DNA of 64,000 nucleotides from an uncultured Clostridia bacterium (GCA_964406735.1 CAYOSU010000009.1:4491-68490), one strand, 5' to 3'. Shown: positions 1 to 9,891, counted from the first letter of the stretch. Made by a program: numbers and translations. The notes: generated from the sequence alone by a model not told the origin.

Positions 1-37
1 CTACTGTATAATAAACACCTCTCAAAAGATCTCGGTA

Positions 38-994
38 TCAGTCGCCCATATCGTATTTGAAATTAAGCTCCTTGTCTCTGAGCTTTTTGGGCGTTACTAT
101 CGTTTCGTAATCGACGTAATACCTCTTGCCCTTGACGCCGAAGTACGCTACGAAGCCAAAGGACGAGTAAAACACGTTGAAGGCTACGAAAAGTATCGGT
201 AGCGCCGCTCCGAGCGTTGCTATGCCGACAGCTAAAGTAAGCGTCATACATATGATGACCGTTACGAGGGTGTCGGAGTATATCATTCCGAACCTATCGG
301 AAAGAACGGTAAGGCTTTCTTTGAACGCCGCAACGGGGCCTGTCTCCTCTGCGACCATGCAGGGAAGCCATACGGACGAGAAGGTAAGTCTCAATGCGAA
401 AAGCAACATGAACGTAAGCGACGCAATAAAGGGCGCAACGAAGGCAAAGCTTCCGCCGATGCCGAGAAGAATGAATATCGCAAGTACGACTATCGCTAAG
501 TCGATGGGGAGCAATATGCAAAGGGAGAAAAGTGCGTATTTGAGCGAAAGCACGAATTTTCCGATAAACTCGGATGCAAACGCAAATCTTGCCTGATATT
601 GCATATAGCCGTGAAGAAGGGTCGCCGTCGGGTAGTCTGCTATCCTTGACATAAAGTACGCAAGGAATATTATTACGCCGATGCCTATATAGCTCCTCAA
701 TAAGTTATCCGAATGCACCGCTAAGACAGTGTTGGTAAGCTGTGTTACGTCGGAAAGCTTTGCTTTTACATCCTGATTGGAGGTCGAAAGGGAGATTATC
801 TCCTCGAAAAGCTCCTTTGTCATATCGACGACGCCAAGCTCCTTTAAGTCATCCCACACGGGGCCAAGGTTTGGCAAAAAGATCGCTATGCCGAGTGCTA
901 CAAGCAAAACTCCCACTATTACTTTATATAAAAGCAGCTTATATACTACACGGAAGTTTGTCGCAAAGACCTTTCCGCTGTTACGAAGCATCAT
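38..994 (-). CDS. hypothetical polytopic membrane protein
   Basis: 318-aa ORF with several long hydrophobic spans (VIVGVLLVALGIAIFL, LAIVVLAIFILLGIGGSFAFVAPFI, VIICMTLTLAVGIATLGAALPILFVAF). Family not recognised. Confidence 0.55.
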   Translation of the reverse strand: MMLRNSGKVFATNFRVVYKLLLYKVIVGVLLVALGIAIFLPNLGPVWDDLKELGVVDMTKELFEEIISLSTSNQDVKAKLSDVTQLTNTVLAVHSDNLLRSYIGIGVIIFLAYFMSRIADYPTATLLHGYMQYQARFAFASEFIGKFVLSLKYALFSLCILLPIDLAIVVLAIFILLGIGGSFAFVAPFIASLTFMLLFALRLTFSSVWLPCMVAEETGPVAAFKESLTVLSDRFGMIYSDTLVTVIICMTLTLAVGIATLGAALPILFVAFNVFYSSFGFVAYFGVKGKRYYVDYETIVTPKKLRDKELNFKYDMGD

Positions 995-1009
995 AAGTTC
1001 TCGCTCCTT

Positions 1010-1831
1010 TTAAGTCAAATATTTTTTCTTTTCCTCGACGTCTCTGCGAGGCTCGTTGGAAAGCATGAAGTACGCTACCATCATATAGGATGTCGTGAAA
1101 ATGAGTATCGCCATATATAAAACGGTATCGACGATGATGCGTATCGGCACTATTCCGTGGCAAAGAAGCTCTGCAAGCCCCGACAAGAGCGCACAGCCCA
1201 TCATTACGCCGCCTATCTGCAAGAATATCGTCTTGACGCTCCCCGAGACCAAGCGAATGGAGTTTATTACGGCATCCTTGACGGGATAGCCTACGACTAT
1301 CTCGGAGGGGATGAGCAGCATAAACTGCGTCAACGCAAGGAAGAAGCACGCATACATCGCTATCGTTATCGGTATCGCAATATATATCGAGTTAAAGCCC
1401 ATGCTCTTCGTGAAGATGTATATCAAGGAAGAGTTGAGCAGACCTATCACCTCGAGGACTGCGAACATCACAAAGTACGCCGGGAAGACGGCAAGCACCG
1501 TCTCGTTAAGCCTTGAAAACATATTTTTATACGAAAATCTGCCGACTTTCATATGACGGTCGATCGCACCGAAAAGCAGGCACATGAAAAAGCCCACTAC
1601 TATGACGGCGGAAAGTCCTATCAGCCAATTCTCCGCAAAAAGTACAGAAAAGTGCTTGTAGATATCCCACACCGTGTACGCAGAAACGCCGTCGCTATAG
1701 CGGAAAAAGAAGGTGTACGCCGAGCCGAGACCGCCCGAGAGCGCCATTGCGGCGGCAGGCAGTATCGCATACGGAATGAGCCTTATCAGGTTTTTCCACA
1801 TATATTTGATTGTTTCTTGAAAATAGCGCAT
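1010..1831 (-). CDS. hypothetical polytopic membrane protein
   Basis: 273-aa ORF with about 6 hydrophobic spans. A 15-nt gap to ORF 38-994 suggests an operon. Family not recognised. Confidence 0.55.
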   Translation of the reverse strand: MRYFQETIKYMWKNLIRLIPYAILPAAAMALSGGLGSAYTFFFRYSDGVSAYTVWDIYKHFSVLFAENWLIGLSAVIVVGFFMCLLFGAIDRHMKVGRFSYKNMFSRLNETVLAVFPAYFVMFAVLEVIGLLNSSLIYIFTKSMGFNSIYIAIPITIAMYACFFLALTQFMLLIPSEIVVGYPVKDAVINSIRLVSGSVKTIFLQIGGVMMGCALLSGLAELLCHGIVPIRIIVDTVLYMAILIFTTSYMMVAYFMLSNEPRRDVEEKKKYLT

Positions 1832-2032
1832 ATTCCTATCCTTCGGGCAGCGTCGCAGTAATTAAATTAAGTTCGTATTTATTGCGAAACCCGACACTAC
1901 CCTATTCTGTTTTTAGTATACATTATTTGCTCGCATTTTGCAAGACTTATTTGAGTGATTTTTTGGACAGCTCTTTGAAATACTCGACTAAAAGGCTATA
2001 CCTTCGACAAAGAGGTTGCTTATCATATAGCT

Positions 2033-2710
2033 ATGGTGAAAAATATTATCGCAATCTTAGCCGCAGTTTTTACACTAAGCTCTGCCTCGACGGTTCAAAC
2101 GGAGCACCTGCTTATCGGAAAGGACGTGTTTTTTTACTCGCTCGACACATTTGAGGAGGAATCAAGGCTTTTTATTCTCCCCGAGGACTTTTACGTTGAG
2201 CTGATAGCCGAGGAAGACACTTATTTTAAGGTGGCATATCAACGCTCGACGAGCGGCTACGTAAAAATTATCGGGTACGTCAAAAAGGAGAACGTTACAA
2301 AGGGAAAAGCCGTTGCGCCGCTATACCCAATAATTTCGCTTGCGGCACTCAAAAACACCGCTATATACGCCGACAAAAGCCTGAAAACGCCTGTTTTATC
2401 CGTGCTTTCCTCTCAATGCGTTTGCGTTTACGGCGTGACCGAAGACCCACTCGTTGCCTTTTGCGCATTCGGCAAGGAATCGGGCTATATCGACCTGTCG
2501 GCTTTCGAGGAGTATAGTACGCCTACACATCCAATTAACACTCCAAAGCGGCAGGAAAGCGCAAAGATCGACGAAAAACCGCCTGTCGAGGAGACTTTTT
2601 CCGACGAGCTTTTGCCAAGCTCTATTCAGACGCTGCTTTTTATCTTTATCGCTATACCAGTCGTTATCCTCACTTTTTTGCTCTTTTCGGTAAAGAGAAG
2701 TGATAAATGA
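2033..2710 (+). CDS. secreted, C-terminally membrane-anchored protein with SH3b-like repeats
   Basis: Signal-like N-terminus IIAILAAVFTLSSAS. Two SH3b-like stretches (YFKVAYQRSTSGYVKIIGYVKKENV; AFCAFGKESGYIDLSAFE). C-terminal TM LLFIFIAIPVVILTFLLF followed by KRSDK. Confidence 0.55.
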   Translation: MVKNIIAILAAVFTLSSASTVQTEHLLIGKDVFFYSLDTFEEESRLFILPEDFYVELIAEEDTYFKVAYQRSTSGYVKIIGYVKKENVTKGKAVAPLYPIISLAALKNTAIYADKSLKTPVLSVLSSQCVCVYGVTEDPLVAFCAFGKESGYIDLSAFEEYSTPTHPINTPKRQESAKIDEKPPVEETFSDELLPSSIQTLLFIFIAIPVVILTFLLFSVKRSDK

Positions 2711-2815
2711 GCCTCTTGCATTGACTTTTTTCCGTATTTATGCTTTACTATAATATAAAGGTAAAAAGTAATCTTTGATTACTTACCCACACTTTTCGGA
2801 GGAAGAAAAGAGGTT

Positions 2816-5494
2816 ATGAAAAAAGCTATCGTTCGTATACTTGCCGTGATTTTAATATTGCAGGCGTTTTGCGTTAATATGCCCGTGGCACTCGCCGCAG
2901 AGACTACTACGGAGGCAGATCCCGCCGCCATAGTCAATAAAATGGGCTCGCTCGACGTCTTTGCGGAGAATTATTCGGAGCTTAAGTATTACGAATTCGA
3001 ACGCCCGTATAAAATCGCTACAAGCAGTCAATATATCGCAGTTCTTGAGAACCGCACGGATACACAGCCCGGAAAGCTTCTCGTCTTTACGACGGGCGGC
3101 TCTTTCGTGTTCGAAAAGACCTTTAACGACCCGAGAGATCTCGAAATAGTCGGAAGCAAAATTTTCGTCCTCGACTACAACGAAGCCGAGGAGCTTACTT
3201 ATATCTACTCCGTTTCTACCGTAACACAGGAAGCAACTATCGCTCTTTCGGACGTTATAGTTTATGACCTCGCATCAGACGGAACTAACCTTTATTTCCT
3301 CATCGGTTCGTTCGCAAGAAAGGTCGTTCGCTATCGCATCGAGGGGGACGCAGTTACGCTCGACGAGGAGTTCTCTACGGGTACGACATTCGCTAACGCT
3401 ACGATGATAACGGCAACGGGTGATCAGATTCTTGCGTATCAGACGAGCATGGGAATTTCTATGATAACCGCTCTCAACGTGACGTCGGGAAGAAAGACGG
3501 AGGTCATGAGCCTTCCCTCGGGCGGCATAACGGATTTTTGCTACAACGGCGAAAAGCTGTTTATTCTCAACCAGTCGGGCTGCTTTGTCGGAAATCTCTC
3601 CGCATCGCCTGACTTCGTTCTCGCTCTTTCGGTATCGACAGATCCGTCTTATTCGGGCAACATCAAAAAGCCCGTCTCGATAGCTTATTCTAAGTCTAAC
3701 GCAAAGACGGTCTATATATTTGACGGCACGGGTGCGCTCGCTATCAAGGGCTTCTCCCTCTCACAGAACGTGCTTTTGTCCAACTTCTTCGCTATCGCTT
3801 CGTTCTCGGCGGACGAGGGTGCGTTCAACACTCCCCTCGATCTTGCTTACTCCGACGGCAAGACCTATTTTGCCGACTCCCTCAACATGAGGATAACGAT
3901 CAGAACGGACGGCGGCAAGAATTATTCATTCGTCGTAAAGGACTCTAAGGACAACACCCTATCCCCCGTATCGGTCGGCGCAGACTATTACGGAAATATC
4001 TTCGTTGCGACGGCTACCAAGGTGTTGAAGTACTCCTCTACCTTTGAGCTGCTCGACGAGTACACCAAGCACGACTCTTCGGATTTCAGAAACGTTACGA
4101 GCATTTACGTTTCAGACGTGTCGGACGACGTTTACGTCGTTGACGGCAGCAGGCTCGTTAAGCTCGATACGACGGAAAATCTCTTTAAGGTCGTTAAGAG
4201 CGGCATTACCGCTAAAAACGCTTTCTTTGCGGACGACAAGTACGAAAGGCTTTACTTTATCTCCGCTAACGTCGTCAGCGTAGTCGATTCCAAGACGTAC
4301 GAAAAGATCGCAAGTCTTAACGTCGGCAGAAGCTCGTCTTATATCGTCAAAGACGTCGTTTCCGACTTCGACGGCAGTGTTTACGTCCTTTGCGAGTTCG
4401 TCGGTGAAAATTATCTCTTCAAATTCATATATAAAGACGGTCAGTATATAAGCGGCGGAAGCATTAAGCTTACGCCCGACAAGACGGCAAAGCTTAATCG
4501 TATGACGTTCGACGCTAAGAACGACCACATCTATTTCCTCGCAGAGGGACAGCACAGGGCATACGTCCTCGAACGCTATGAGTTCAGAGACCTCAACATT
4601 GCGTATTATTACGACCTTGCCATCCCCAAGGACATTTTCGACGGAAAGGAGGATACGGAAGCGACGGTCGGCACTATCGTCGAGAGCGGCAACAGGCTTA
4701 TTTATCCCCTCAACCCCGAGGACGAGCTTTATCCCGTCAACTACTCCTTTACGAGAGCAAGAAAGCTGAATGCAGGCGACCAAGTAGTCGTTGCGGGAAA
4801 GACGGCGGACGGAAAGTATCTTTACGTTATCTACAACAACGCCGCAGGCTTTATGGACGTTCAAAGCGTTGACAGCTCCGAACAGAACACCGAAGTCCCC
4901 TATTCGTACGGCGTGGCACTCCACGAGAACGTATATCTTTATAAGTATCCGCTCATCACGACGTATAATCTGAAGCCGCTTTATTCTATTACGCAGCTTA
5001 AAAAGGATACGCCGCTCAACATCATCAACAGAGCCGCAGACTACCTCTGCCCGTCGGGGCTTTATTGGTACTACGTGTCTTACGTTGACGAGGGCGGTAA
5101 TACGGTCTACGGCTATATTCCGAGGTACAATACCGTCGAAAACGCAGAGATCTATACGCCCGAGATCGAGTACGGCAAAATAAACGCCGAGCTGTTGCAC
5201 GGCTATGCGGAGGTCTACGCAGACCTTGGCGAGACTAAGCTCGGTGTCCATCTTGCGGACAAGACCAAGGTCGAGATCCTCGATAAGTCGGCAGGAGATT
5301 TTATCTTCGTTCGTGAGATCACCGACGACGGCTACGGCGTTGTGGGCTACGTTAAAAAGTCAGAGATAACATACGACGCACAGACGAAGTCTACTACGAC
5401 CGCACTTATTCTTATCGGCGTTCTCATCGTCGTTGTGGCACTTCTTATCGTAGTCAAGGTTGCGTATTCAAAATATAAGAGAAAACACGGTTAA
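2816..5494 (+). CDS. large cell-surface protein (signal peptide, beta-propeller-like repeats, SH3b-like modules, C-terminal TM anchor)
   Basis: 892-aa ORF. Signal peptide ILAVILILQAFCVNMPVALA. Recurrent blade-like motifs (KIFVLDYN, NLYFLIG, KLFILNQ, TVYIFDG, KTYFADS, NIFVATA, DVYVVDG, RLYFISA, SVYVLCE, HIYFLAE). SH3b-like segments near the C-terminus. TM ALILIGVLIVVVALLIVV followed by KYKRKHG. Confidence 0.6.
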   Translation: MKKAIVRILAVILILQAFCVNMPVALAAETTTEADPAAIVNKMGSLDVFAENYSELKYYEFERPYKIATSSQYIAVLENRTDTQPGKLLVFTTGGSFVFEKTFNDPRDLEIVGSKIFVLDYNEAEELTYIYSVSTVTQEATIALSDVIVYDLASDGTNLYFLIGSFARKVVRYRIEGDAVTLDEEFSTGTTFANATMITATGDQILAYQTSMGISMITALNVTSGRKTEVMSLPSGGITDFCYNGEKLFILNQSGCFVGNLSASPDFVLALSVSTDPSYSGNIKKPVSIAYSKSNAKTVYIFDGTGALAIKGFSLSQNVLLSNFFAIASFSADEGAFNTPLDLAYSDGKTYFADSLNMRITIRTDGGKNYSFVVKDSKDNTLSPVSVGADYYGNIFVATATKVLKYSSTFELLDEYTKHDSSDFRNVTSIYVSDVSDDVYVVDGSRLVKLDTTENLFKVVKSGITAKNAFFADDKYERLYFISANVVSVVDSKTYEKIASLNVGRSSSYIVKDVVSDFDGSVYVLCEFVGENYLFKFIYKDGQYISGGSIKLTPDKTAKLNRMTFDAKNDHIYFLAEGQHRAYVLERYEFRDLNIAYYYDLAIPKDIFDGKEDTEATVGTIVESGNRLIYPLNPEDELYPVNYSFTRARKLNAGDQVVVAGKTADGKYLYVIYNNAAGFMDVQSVDSSEQNTEVPYSYGVALHENVYLYKYPLITTYNLKPLYSITQLKKDTPLNIINRAADYLCPSGLYWYYVSYVDEGGNTVYGYIPRYNTVENAEIYTPEIEYGKINAELLHGYAEVYADLGETKLGVHLADKTKVEILDKSAGDFIFVREITDDGYGVVGYVKKSEITYDAQTKSTTTALILIGVLIVVVALLIVVKVAYSKYKRKHG

Positions 5495-5501
5495 AACGTT
5501 A

Positions 5502-5530
5502 AGCCGTCTCGTTTGAGACGGCTTTTTTTA
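5502..5530 (+). terminator. rho-independent terminator of the 2816-5494 gene
   Basis: Stem AGCCGTCTC/GAGACGGCT, loop GTTT, followed by T7. Confidence 0.8.
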
Positions 5531-5555
5531 TTTTGCTAAAAGGCATTGTTATTTA

Positions 5556-5588
5556 TTAAAAGACCTGAGATTTTCCCAGGTCTTTTGT
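5556..5588 (-). terminator. bidirectional hairpin, likely terminator of the GH43 operon
   Basis: AAAAGACCTG...CAGGTCTTTT, with an A-run and a T-run on either side. Confidence 0.6.
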
Positions 5589-5607
5589 TGAATTATTATT
5601 TTGTTTT

Positions 5608-5735
5608 TTTGACGATGAGTTTATCGCTTTGATTATTTGGTTTCGATGACGCAATCGGTCGCTTTAATCGGTTTGTTCAGGCGATGGCGTTATCGTTTTA
5701 TTTCGACGGCGATGATCGTCGTTTGAGTTATTTTA
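5608..5735. repeat. four degenerate ~32-nt tandem repeats that run into the GH43 stop codon
   Basis: Units contain CGATGAGTTTATCGCTTTGATTATT / CGATGACGCAATCGGTCGCTTTAATCGG / CGATGGCGTTATCGTTTTATTT / CGATGATCGTCGTTTGAGTTATTTT. Confidence 0.5.
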
Positions 5736-7443
5736 TCTCTACGACGTCGCCTGTCGTGATGCCGTGCTCGTTGAAGGTGTCTACACGGCAGTAGTAGGTC
5801 GGATTCTCTGTGTCGAGGAGGGTTATATTTACCTTTTCGCCCTCGAATACCTGCCAAGTTGAGTAGAGCGTATCGGGAGTCAAGCCGTAAGCGACTATAT
5901 AGCCGACTTTTCCGTCTACCTTATCCCAAGTAACTTCTGCGGTCATGCCCGAAGTTCTCTTTGCGATGACGTTTTCTGCCTTTGCGCAAAGGGGCTCGTC
6001 CCCTATTCCGAATACTCTGAGTCCCGAAATAGCCATGCGGGAGTTATACGGGAACTCGTAGCCGACTACTTTCAAGTATCTTGCGGTCGGTTTTTCGTCA
6101 AACGTTATGAAGTCGTTTCCAAAGTTTGTGTCGGCGTTCTTTTTGTCTACTATCACAGTCCAGTTCTCGCCGTCCGTGCTTCCCAAAAGCTGCCAGCGTG
6201 TCTTTAAGTCGCTCTTTGTGTCGATATATCTCTTATCGTAGAAAGAGCCTTGCTTCTTTATGCCTTTAAGCTGAGGTACTTCGCAATCGGCAAAGTTTAT
6301 CTGAACGGAAGAGATCTCTCTTTCCTTGCCAAGGTCTATCTGATACCACTCGCCTGCGTTTGCGCTGTTTGCGCACCACCAGTTCTTGATGTTCTCGTTT
6401 ACGCCCTTATCGGGAGTGTTATCGCCGTAAGTAGAAGACGCCGTTGCCTTTGCGTTATAGGAAAGGAGCATCTCGGTGGGCTTAACTGAGAGCGGATCGA
6501 ACTTTCCGTTGGGAATCTCCAACGGGAAGTCACAAAGGAACTGATTTGCGTACATCGTGCCATCTTTATCAAAGCCTACCGGGAAAAGTCCGAGTCTTCT
6601 CTCGAACGCCTCGTTTTCAGCGATACACATCGACGCAATATGCCAATAATTGCCGAACTTATCCGCTATCGTCGAGCCATGTCCTGCGCCTCTTATAAAT
6701 CCTGCAGGCTTTGAGGAGAACGGGTTATGTGCCTGATATTTGAACTCGCCCAAAGGAGAGTCGGAAACGTATACGCCGTCGCCGTATGCGAGCATCTCGG
6801 TCGCAGGGCAGGCAAACTGCAAGTAGTACTTGCCGTTGTACTTTGTCATATACGCACCCTCGATAAAGGGAATATTGCCTACAATCTTTTCTTTGAGCTC
6901 GTCCATCTTGGTCTTGGGCGGTTCACGGTAAAGCTCAGTTCTCTGCCAGCCGCTTTGCTCGTAGCGATTCATGAAAAGTCCCTTAGGCTCGCCTATCGGC
7001 TCGAACGTCTTGTTATCAAGCTCGATGCCGTAAATAGGCGTTCTGTTGGAGCAACCCCAGTAGAAATATACTCTGCCGTCGTCGTCCTCGAAGATATCGG
7101 GATCCCAGAAGGGGAATATCTTGCTGACCTTTTCAAACTTGCCGCTCATAGGGTCTTTCGTTCTGTATATCCAGTTCTTTTTGTGCTTGCTTGCGGAAAA
7201 ATACAGGTAATCCCCTATCTGACGAACGTCGGGAGCGTAGGAGTACATCTCCGTAGTCATCTCTTTGAACTTCCAATCGAAAAGGTCGTCGGAATACCAG
7301 AATCCGCCGCTCATCGATGCGAAGATATAATACGTGCCCTTGAAAAGAACGAGCGTGGGGTCCGCCGCCTCTCTGAAAGCGTTGTACTTCAACTTGTGCT
7401 GATACCTGTAATTCAAGTTTAACGGATTGCAATACTTTTTCAT
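5728..7443 (-). CDS. glycoside hydrolase family 43-like enzyme with C-terminal F5/8 type C (discoidin) and Fn3 domains
   Basis: N-terminal CNPLNLNYRYQ...EAADPTLVLFKGTYYIFAS (five-bladed propeller with an ADP catalytic motif). Discoidin-like WWCANSANAGEWYQIDLGKEREISSVQINFAD. Fn3-like tail. No signal peptide. Confidence 0.75.
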   Translation of the reverse strand: MKKYCNPLNLNYRYQHKLKYNAFREAADPTLVLFKGTYYIFASMSGGFWYSDDLFDWKFKEMTTEMYSYAPDVRQIGDYLYFSASKHKKNWIYRTKDPMSGKFEKVSKIFPFWDPDIFEDDDGRVYFYWGCSNRTPIYGIELDNKTFEPIGEPKGLFMNRYEQSGWQRTELYREPPKTKMDELKEKIVGNIPFIEGAYMTKYNGKYYLQFACPATEMLAYGDGVYVSDSPLGEFKYQAHNPFSSKPAGFIRGAGHGSTIADKFGNYWHIASMCIAENEAFERRLGLFPVGFDKDGTMYANQFLCDFPLEIPNGKFDPLSVKPTEMLLSYNAKATASSTYGDNTPDKGVNENIKNWWCANSANAGEWYQIDLGKEREISSVQINFADCEVPQLKGIKKQGSFYDKRYIDTKSDLKTRWQLLGSTDGENWTVIVDKKNADTNFGNDFITFDEKPTARYLKVVGYEFPYNSRMAISGLRVFGIGDEPLCAKAENVIAKRTSGMTAEVTWDKVDGKVGYIVAYGLTPDTLYSTWQVFEGEKVNITLLDTENPTYYCRVDTFNEHGITTGDVVEIK

Positions 7444-7484
7444 TTCATTTCTCCTTTCTTTCCTTGTTTATGTATAAAATATTA

Positions 7485-8339
7485 TCATTTATTGAAATAA
7501 TTACGCAAGTATTTTGCGCTTTGCTCGACAGATTTGAGATTATTGTCTTCAACGAAGTCAGACGTTTGCTCCAAAACGGCGTATTCTACACCTATCTCCT
7601 CGGCAATTTTCAGTATGCCGTCAAGGTCGATATTGCCCGTTCCGAGCTCCATGCACGACGCCTTTTTGATGCTGCCCTTTTTATCGGTCTTTCTTATTCC
7701 TCTGTCGCAGACGTGAATGAGCTTTACCCTGTCGCCAAGCTTTTTCAAAAGCAGCTTTGCGTCTACGCCGCACTCCGAAAGCCAGTAGGTATCTACCTCG
7801 AAGTTGACGTATTTCGGGTCGGTAAGGCTTGTTATCATCTCGTACGGGGTCTTATATTGGCTGTTTTCGGGGTAGCTCATAAACTCTACGTTGTGGTTGT
7901 GGTAAAGAAGCTCTACGCCGCCGCTTGAAAGCAGCTTTCCAGCCTTATTTAAGTACTCACACAGCTTTTTGACTGCGGATTCATCGCTATAATCCAAAAA
8001 CTGCATGCCCGTAATTACAACGTATTTCGTGCCTAACGCCTTTGCATCCTCAGCAGTCTTTGCAGGCTCGTTCAATATGCCGTTCAAGTCCTTGTGATAC
8101 GACACGACTTCAAGACCACGGGAGAGAACCTCTTCTTTCCAGTCAACGTCGCCGTTTCCGACCGGCATTCCTGCCATCTTACAAAGCATCCTTACGGCAA
8201 AAGAGAGCTTCCCCATCATAAAAGCGTTCAGCTCTATGCCGTCAAAGCCCCATTCCTTTATTTTATCGAGCGACGTTTTTGCGCATTTTGCGTTCTTTGC
8301 CGCTTCTCTTATTCCGAATTGCTGAATACCGAATTTCAA
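7485..8339 (-). CDS. sugar phosphate isomerase/epimerase (xylose isomerase-like TIM barrel)
   Basis: 284-aa ORF with EWGFDGIELN, a VVITGMQ...LLYHNHNVEF pattern and HVCD. Lies between the GPH symporter and GH43. Confidence 0.65.
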   Translation of the reverse strand: MKFGIQQFGIREAAKNAKCAKTSLDKIKEWGFDGIELNAFMMGKLSFAVRMLCKMAGMPVGNGDVDWKEEVLSRGLEVVSYHKDLNGILNEPAKTAEDAKALGTKYVVITGMQFLDYSDESAVKKLCEYLNKAGKLLSSGGVELLYHNHNVEFMSYPENSQYKTPYEMITSLTDPKYVNFEVDTYWLSECGVDAKLLLKKLGDRVKLIHVCDRGIRKTDKKGSIKKASCMELGTGNIDLDGILKIAEEIGVEYAVLEQTSDFVEDNNLKSVEQSAKYLRNYFNK

Positions 8340-8442
8340 TAGCCTATACCTCGCATTCTATTCTATTTTTTATTGTAGCATAAAATTTAGCTGTATTATT
8401 GCAAAATATTAAGAATTCTTTGCATATTTTATGGGTTTTTCG

Positions 8443-9891
8443 TTATTTCTCTACGCCCTTCGAGGCAAGCTGAAATCTTATCTCGGGCATTTCCTTATCA
8501 AGGCGGTAGAACAGCATCAGAACGAGCGTTACGCATATACCGATAAGGTTTGCGCCGAGCGCCATGAATATAAGCATATTTTTGACCTTGTCGCTCTGAA
8601 CGAACGGAAGTCCGTTATCGACGGGCGGAACGTAGCCCGTTTGCGTCAGGGACATATTGAATATACTCTGTCCGATGCCTGCCGCTATCGTTCCGATGAC
8701 GGCGTATAGCGAGATCGCAAAGCCGTCTACCCTCACGCCGCTTGTATATTCGACGTGATCGAGTGTATCTGCAAGCATGGCTGTCGTCATATAAGTCGAC
8801 GGGATATAGCCGAATGCGTATATCAGCATGCCGATAATTACCGTCGTTAAGTCCTTTGGGGAGGAAAGCGCAACGATTAAGCCGACGATGCTGAGTATGC
8901 TTCCGAAAAGCACGCTGTTGCGCTTGCCGAATTTCTTGATGAGCGGCACTACGAACAGTACGCCGAAGCCTATCGGCATCTGACCGACGGCGTTATATAT
9001 CGTATACACCGTGTCGCCGCCGACGTAATCTGCGAGCACGAATCGGCAGTAGTAGAGCTTGCTTATATTCGCCATGCTGACGAACATACCCGAAACGAGG
9101 GCGTTTATCGCTAAAATGACGAAGTATTTGCTCGAAAAGACGGCTTTTATCTGTCTTGCGATAGAAAGCGTTCGGTCTATCTTTTTCTTATTGTAATTTT
9201 CCGTTACACGCTCTCTTGTGAAATAATATTCGAGCAATATACAGGGCGATGCGATGACGGATAGGCAGGAAAATACCAAAAGCCACATCCGTGCGCTTAC
9301 GCCCATCATCGGCAAAAGCACCATCGGGAAGACCATCGCAACGACCGATCCCGGGAGGAAAATGCTGCCTACGTTGGTGAAAACGGCGTTTTTGTCTCTC
9401 TCGGCGGAATTGCTCGTTGAAAGCGGCATCATCAGGTTGTGGCTGGTGTTATATATCTGGTACGCTACGGAGTAGTACAGGTTGTAGCTTATCGCTACCC
9501 AGACTGCTTTGAGTAGATCGCCTGCCGTCTCGGGTACGGACACTATCAATATGCCCGATATGAGTATCAAGGGGGCAGATATCAAAAGCCACGGGCGTGC
9601 TTTGCCCTGCTTCGTCGAGGTCTTCTCTATTAGCTGACCGATGAGTATCGCAGAAACGGAGTCCAACATCTTGGATATTAAGGGAAGCACGGCAAGAAAT
9701 ATTCCGCCATACAGCGAGCCTAAGCGCAAGACGTCGGTGTAGTATACCGTTACGTAGCTGCCGATGACCATATTGAGCGTCAATGCGCCTGACGGTCCGA
9801 ACAAAAAGCCGAGTATGCGCTCTTTTGTCGTTACTTTGTCGTCAGGTACTTTGGAATCGAATATTTTTGACGAAAATGCCGTGGTCTTCAT
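8443..9891 (-). CDS. MFS transporter, glycoside-pentoside-hexuronide (GPH):cation symporter family
   Basis: 482 aa, about 12 TM. N-terminal KERILGFLFGPSGALTLNMVIGSYVTVYYTDVL is typical of MelB/XynT-type symporters. Confidence 0.8.
   Translation of the reverse strand: MKTTAFSSKIFDSKVPDDKVTTKERILGFLFGPSGALTLNMVIGSYVTVYYTDVLRLGSLYGGIFLAVLPLISKMLDSVSAILIGQLIEKTSTKQGKARPWLLISAPLILISGILIVSVPETAGDLLKAVWVAISYNLYYSVAYQIYNTSHNLMMPLSTSNSAERDKNAVFTNVGSIFLPGSVVAMVFPMVLLPMMGVSARMWLLVFSCLSVIASPCILLEYYFTRERVTENYNKKKIDRTLSIARQIKAVFSSKYFVILAINALVSGMFVSMANISKLYYCRFVLADYVGGDTVYTIYNAVGQMPIGFGVLFVVPLIKKFGKRNSVLFGSILSIVGLIVALSSPKDLTTVIIGMLIYAFGYIPSTYMTTAMLADTLDHVEYTSGVRVDGFAISLYAVIGTIAAGIGQSIFNMSLTQTGYVPPVDNGLPFVQSDKVKNMLIFMALGANLIGICVTLVLMLFYRLDKEMPEIRFQLASKGVEK

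Noticed and set aside
4112-5251. Long antisense ORFs: 4112-5251, 6727-7422, 10704-11564, 12218-12928, 36580-37284, 42225-43049, 43059-43694, 51402-52298, 58100-58882, 60943-61686.
   Set aside because: Each lies fully inside a well-supported gene on the other strand. They lack SD sequences and have low-complexity R/V/L-rich translations typical of shadow ORFs.
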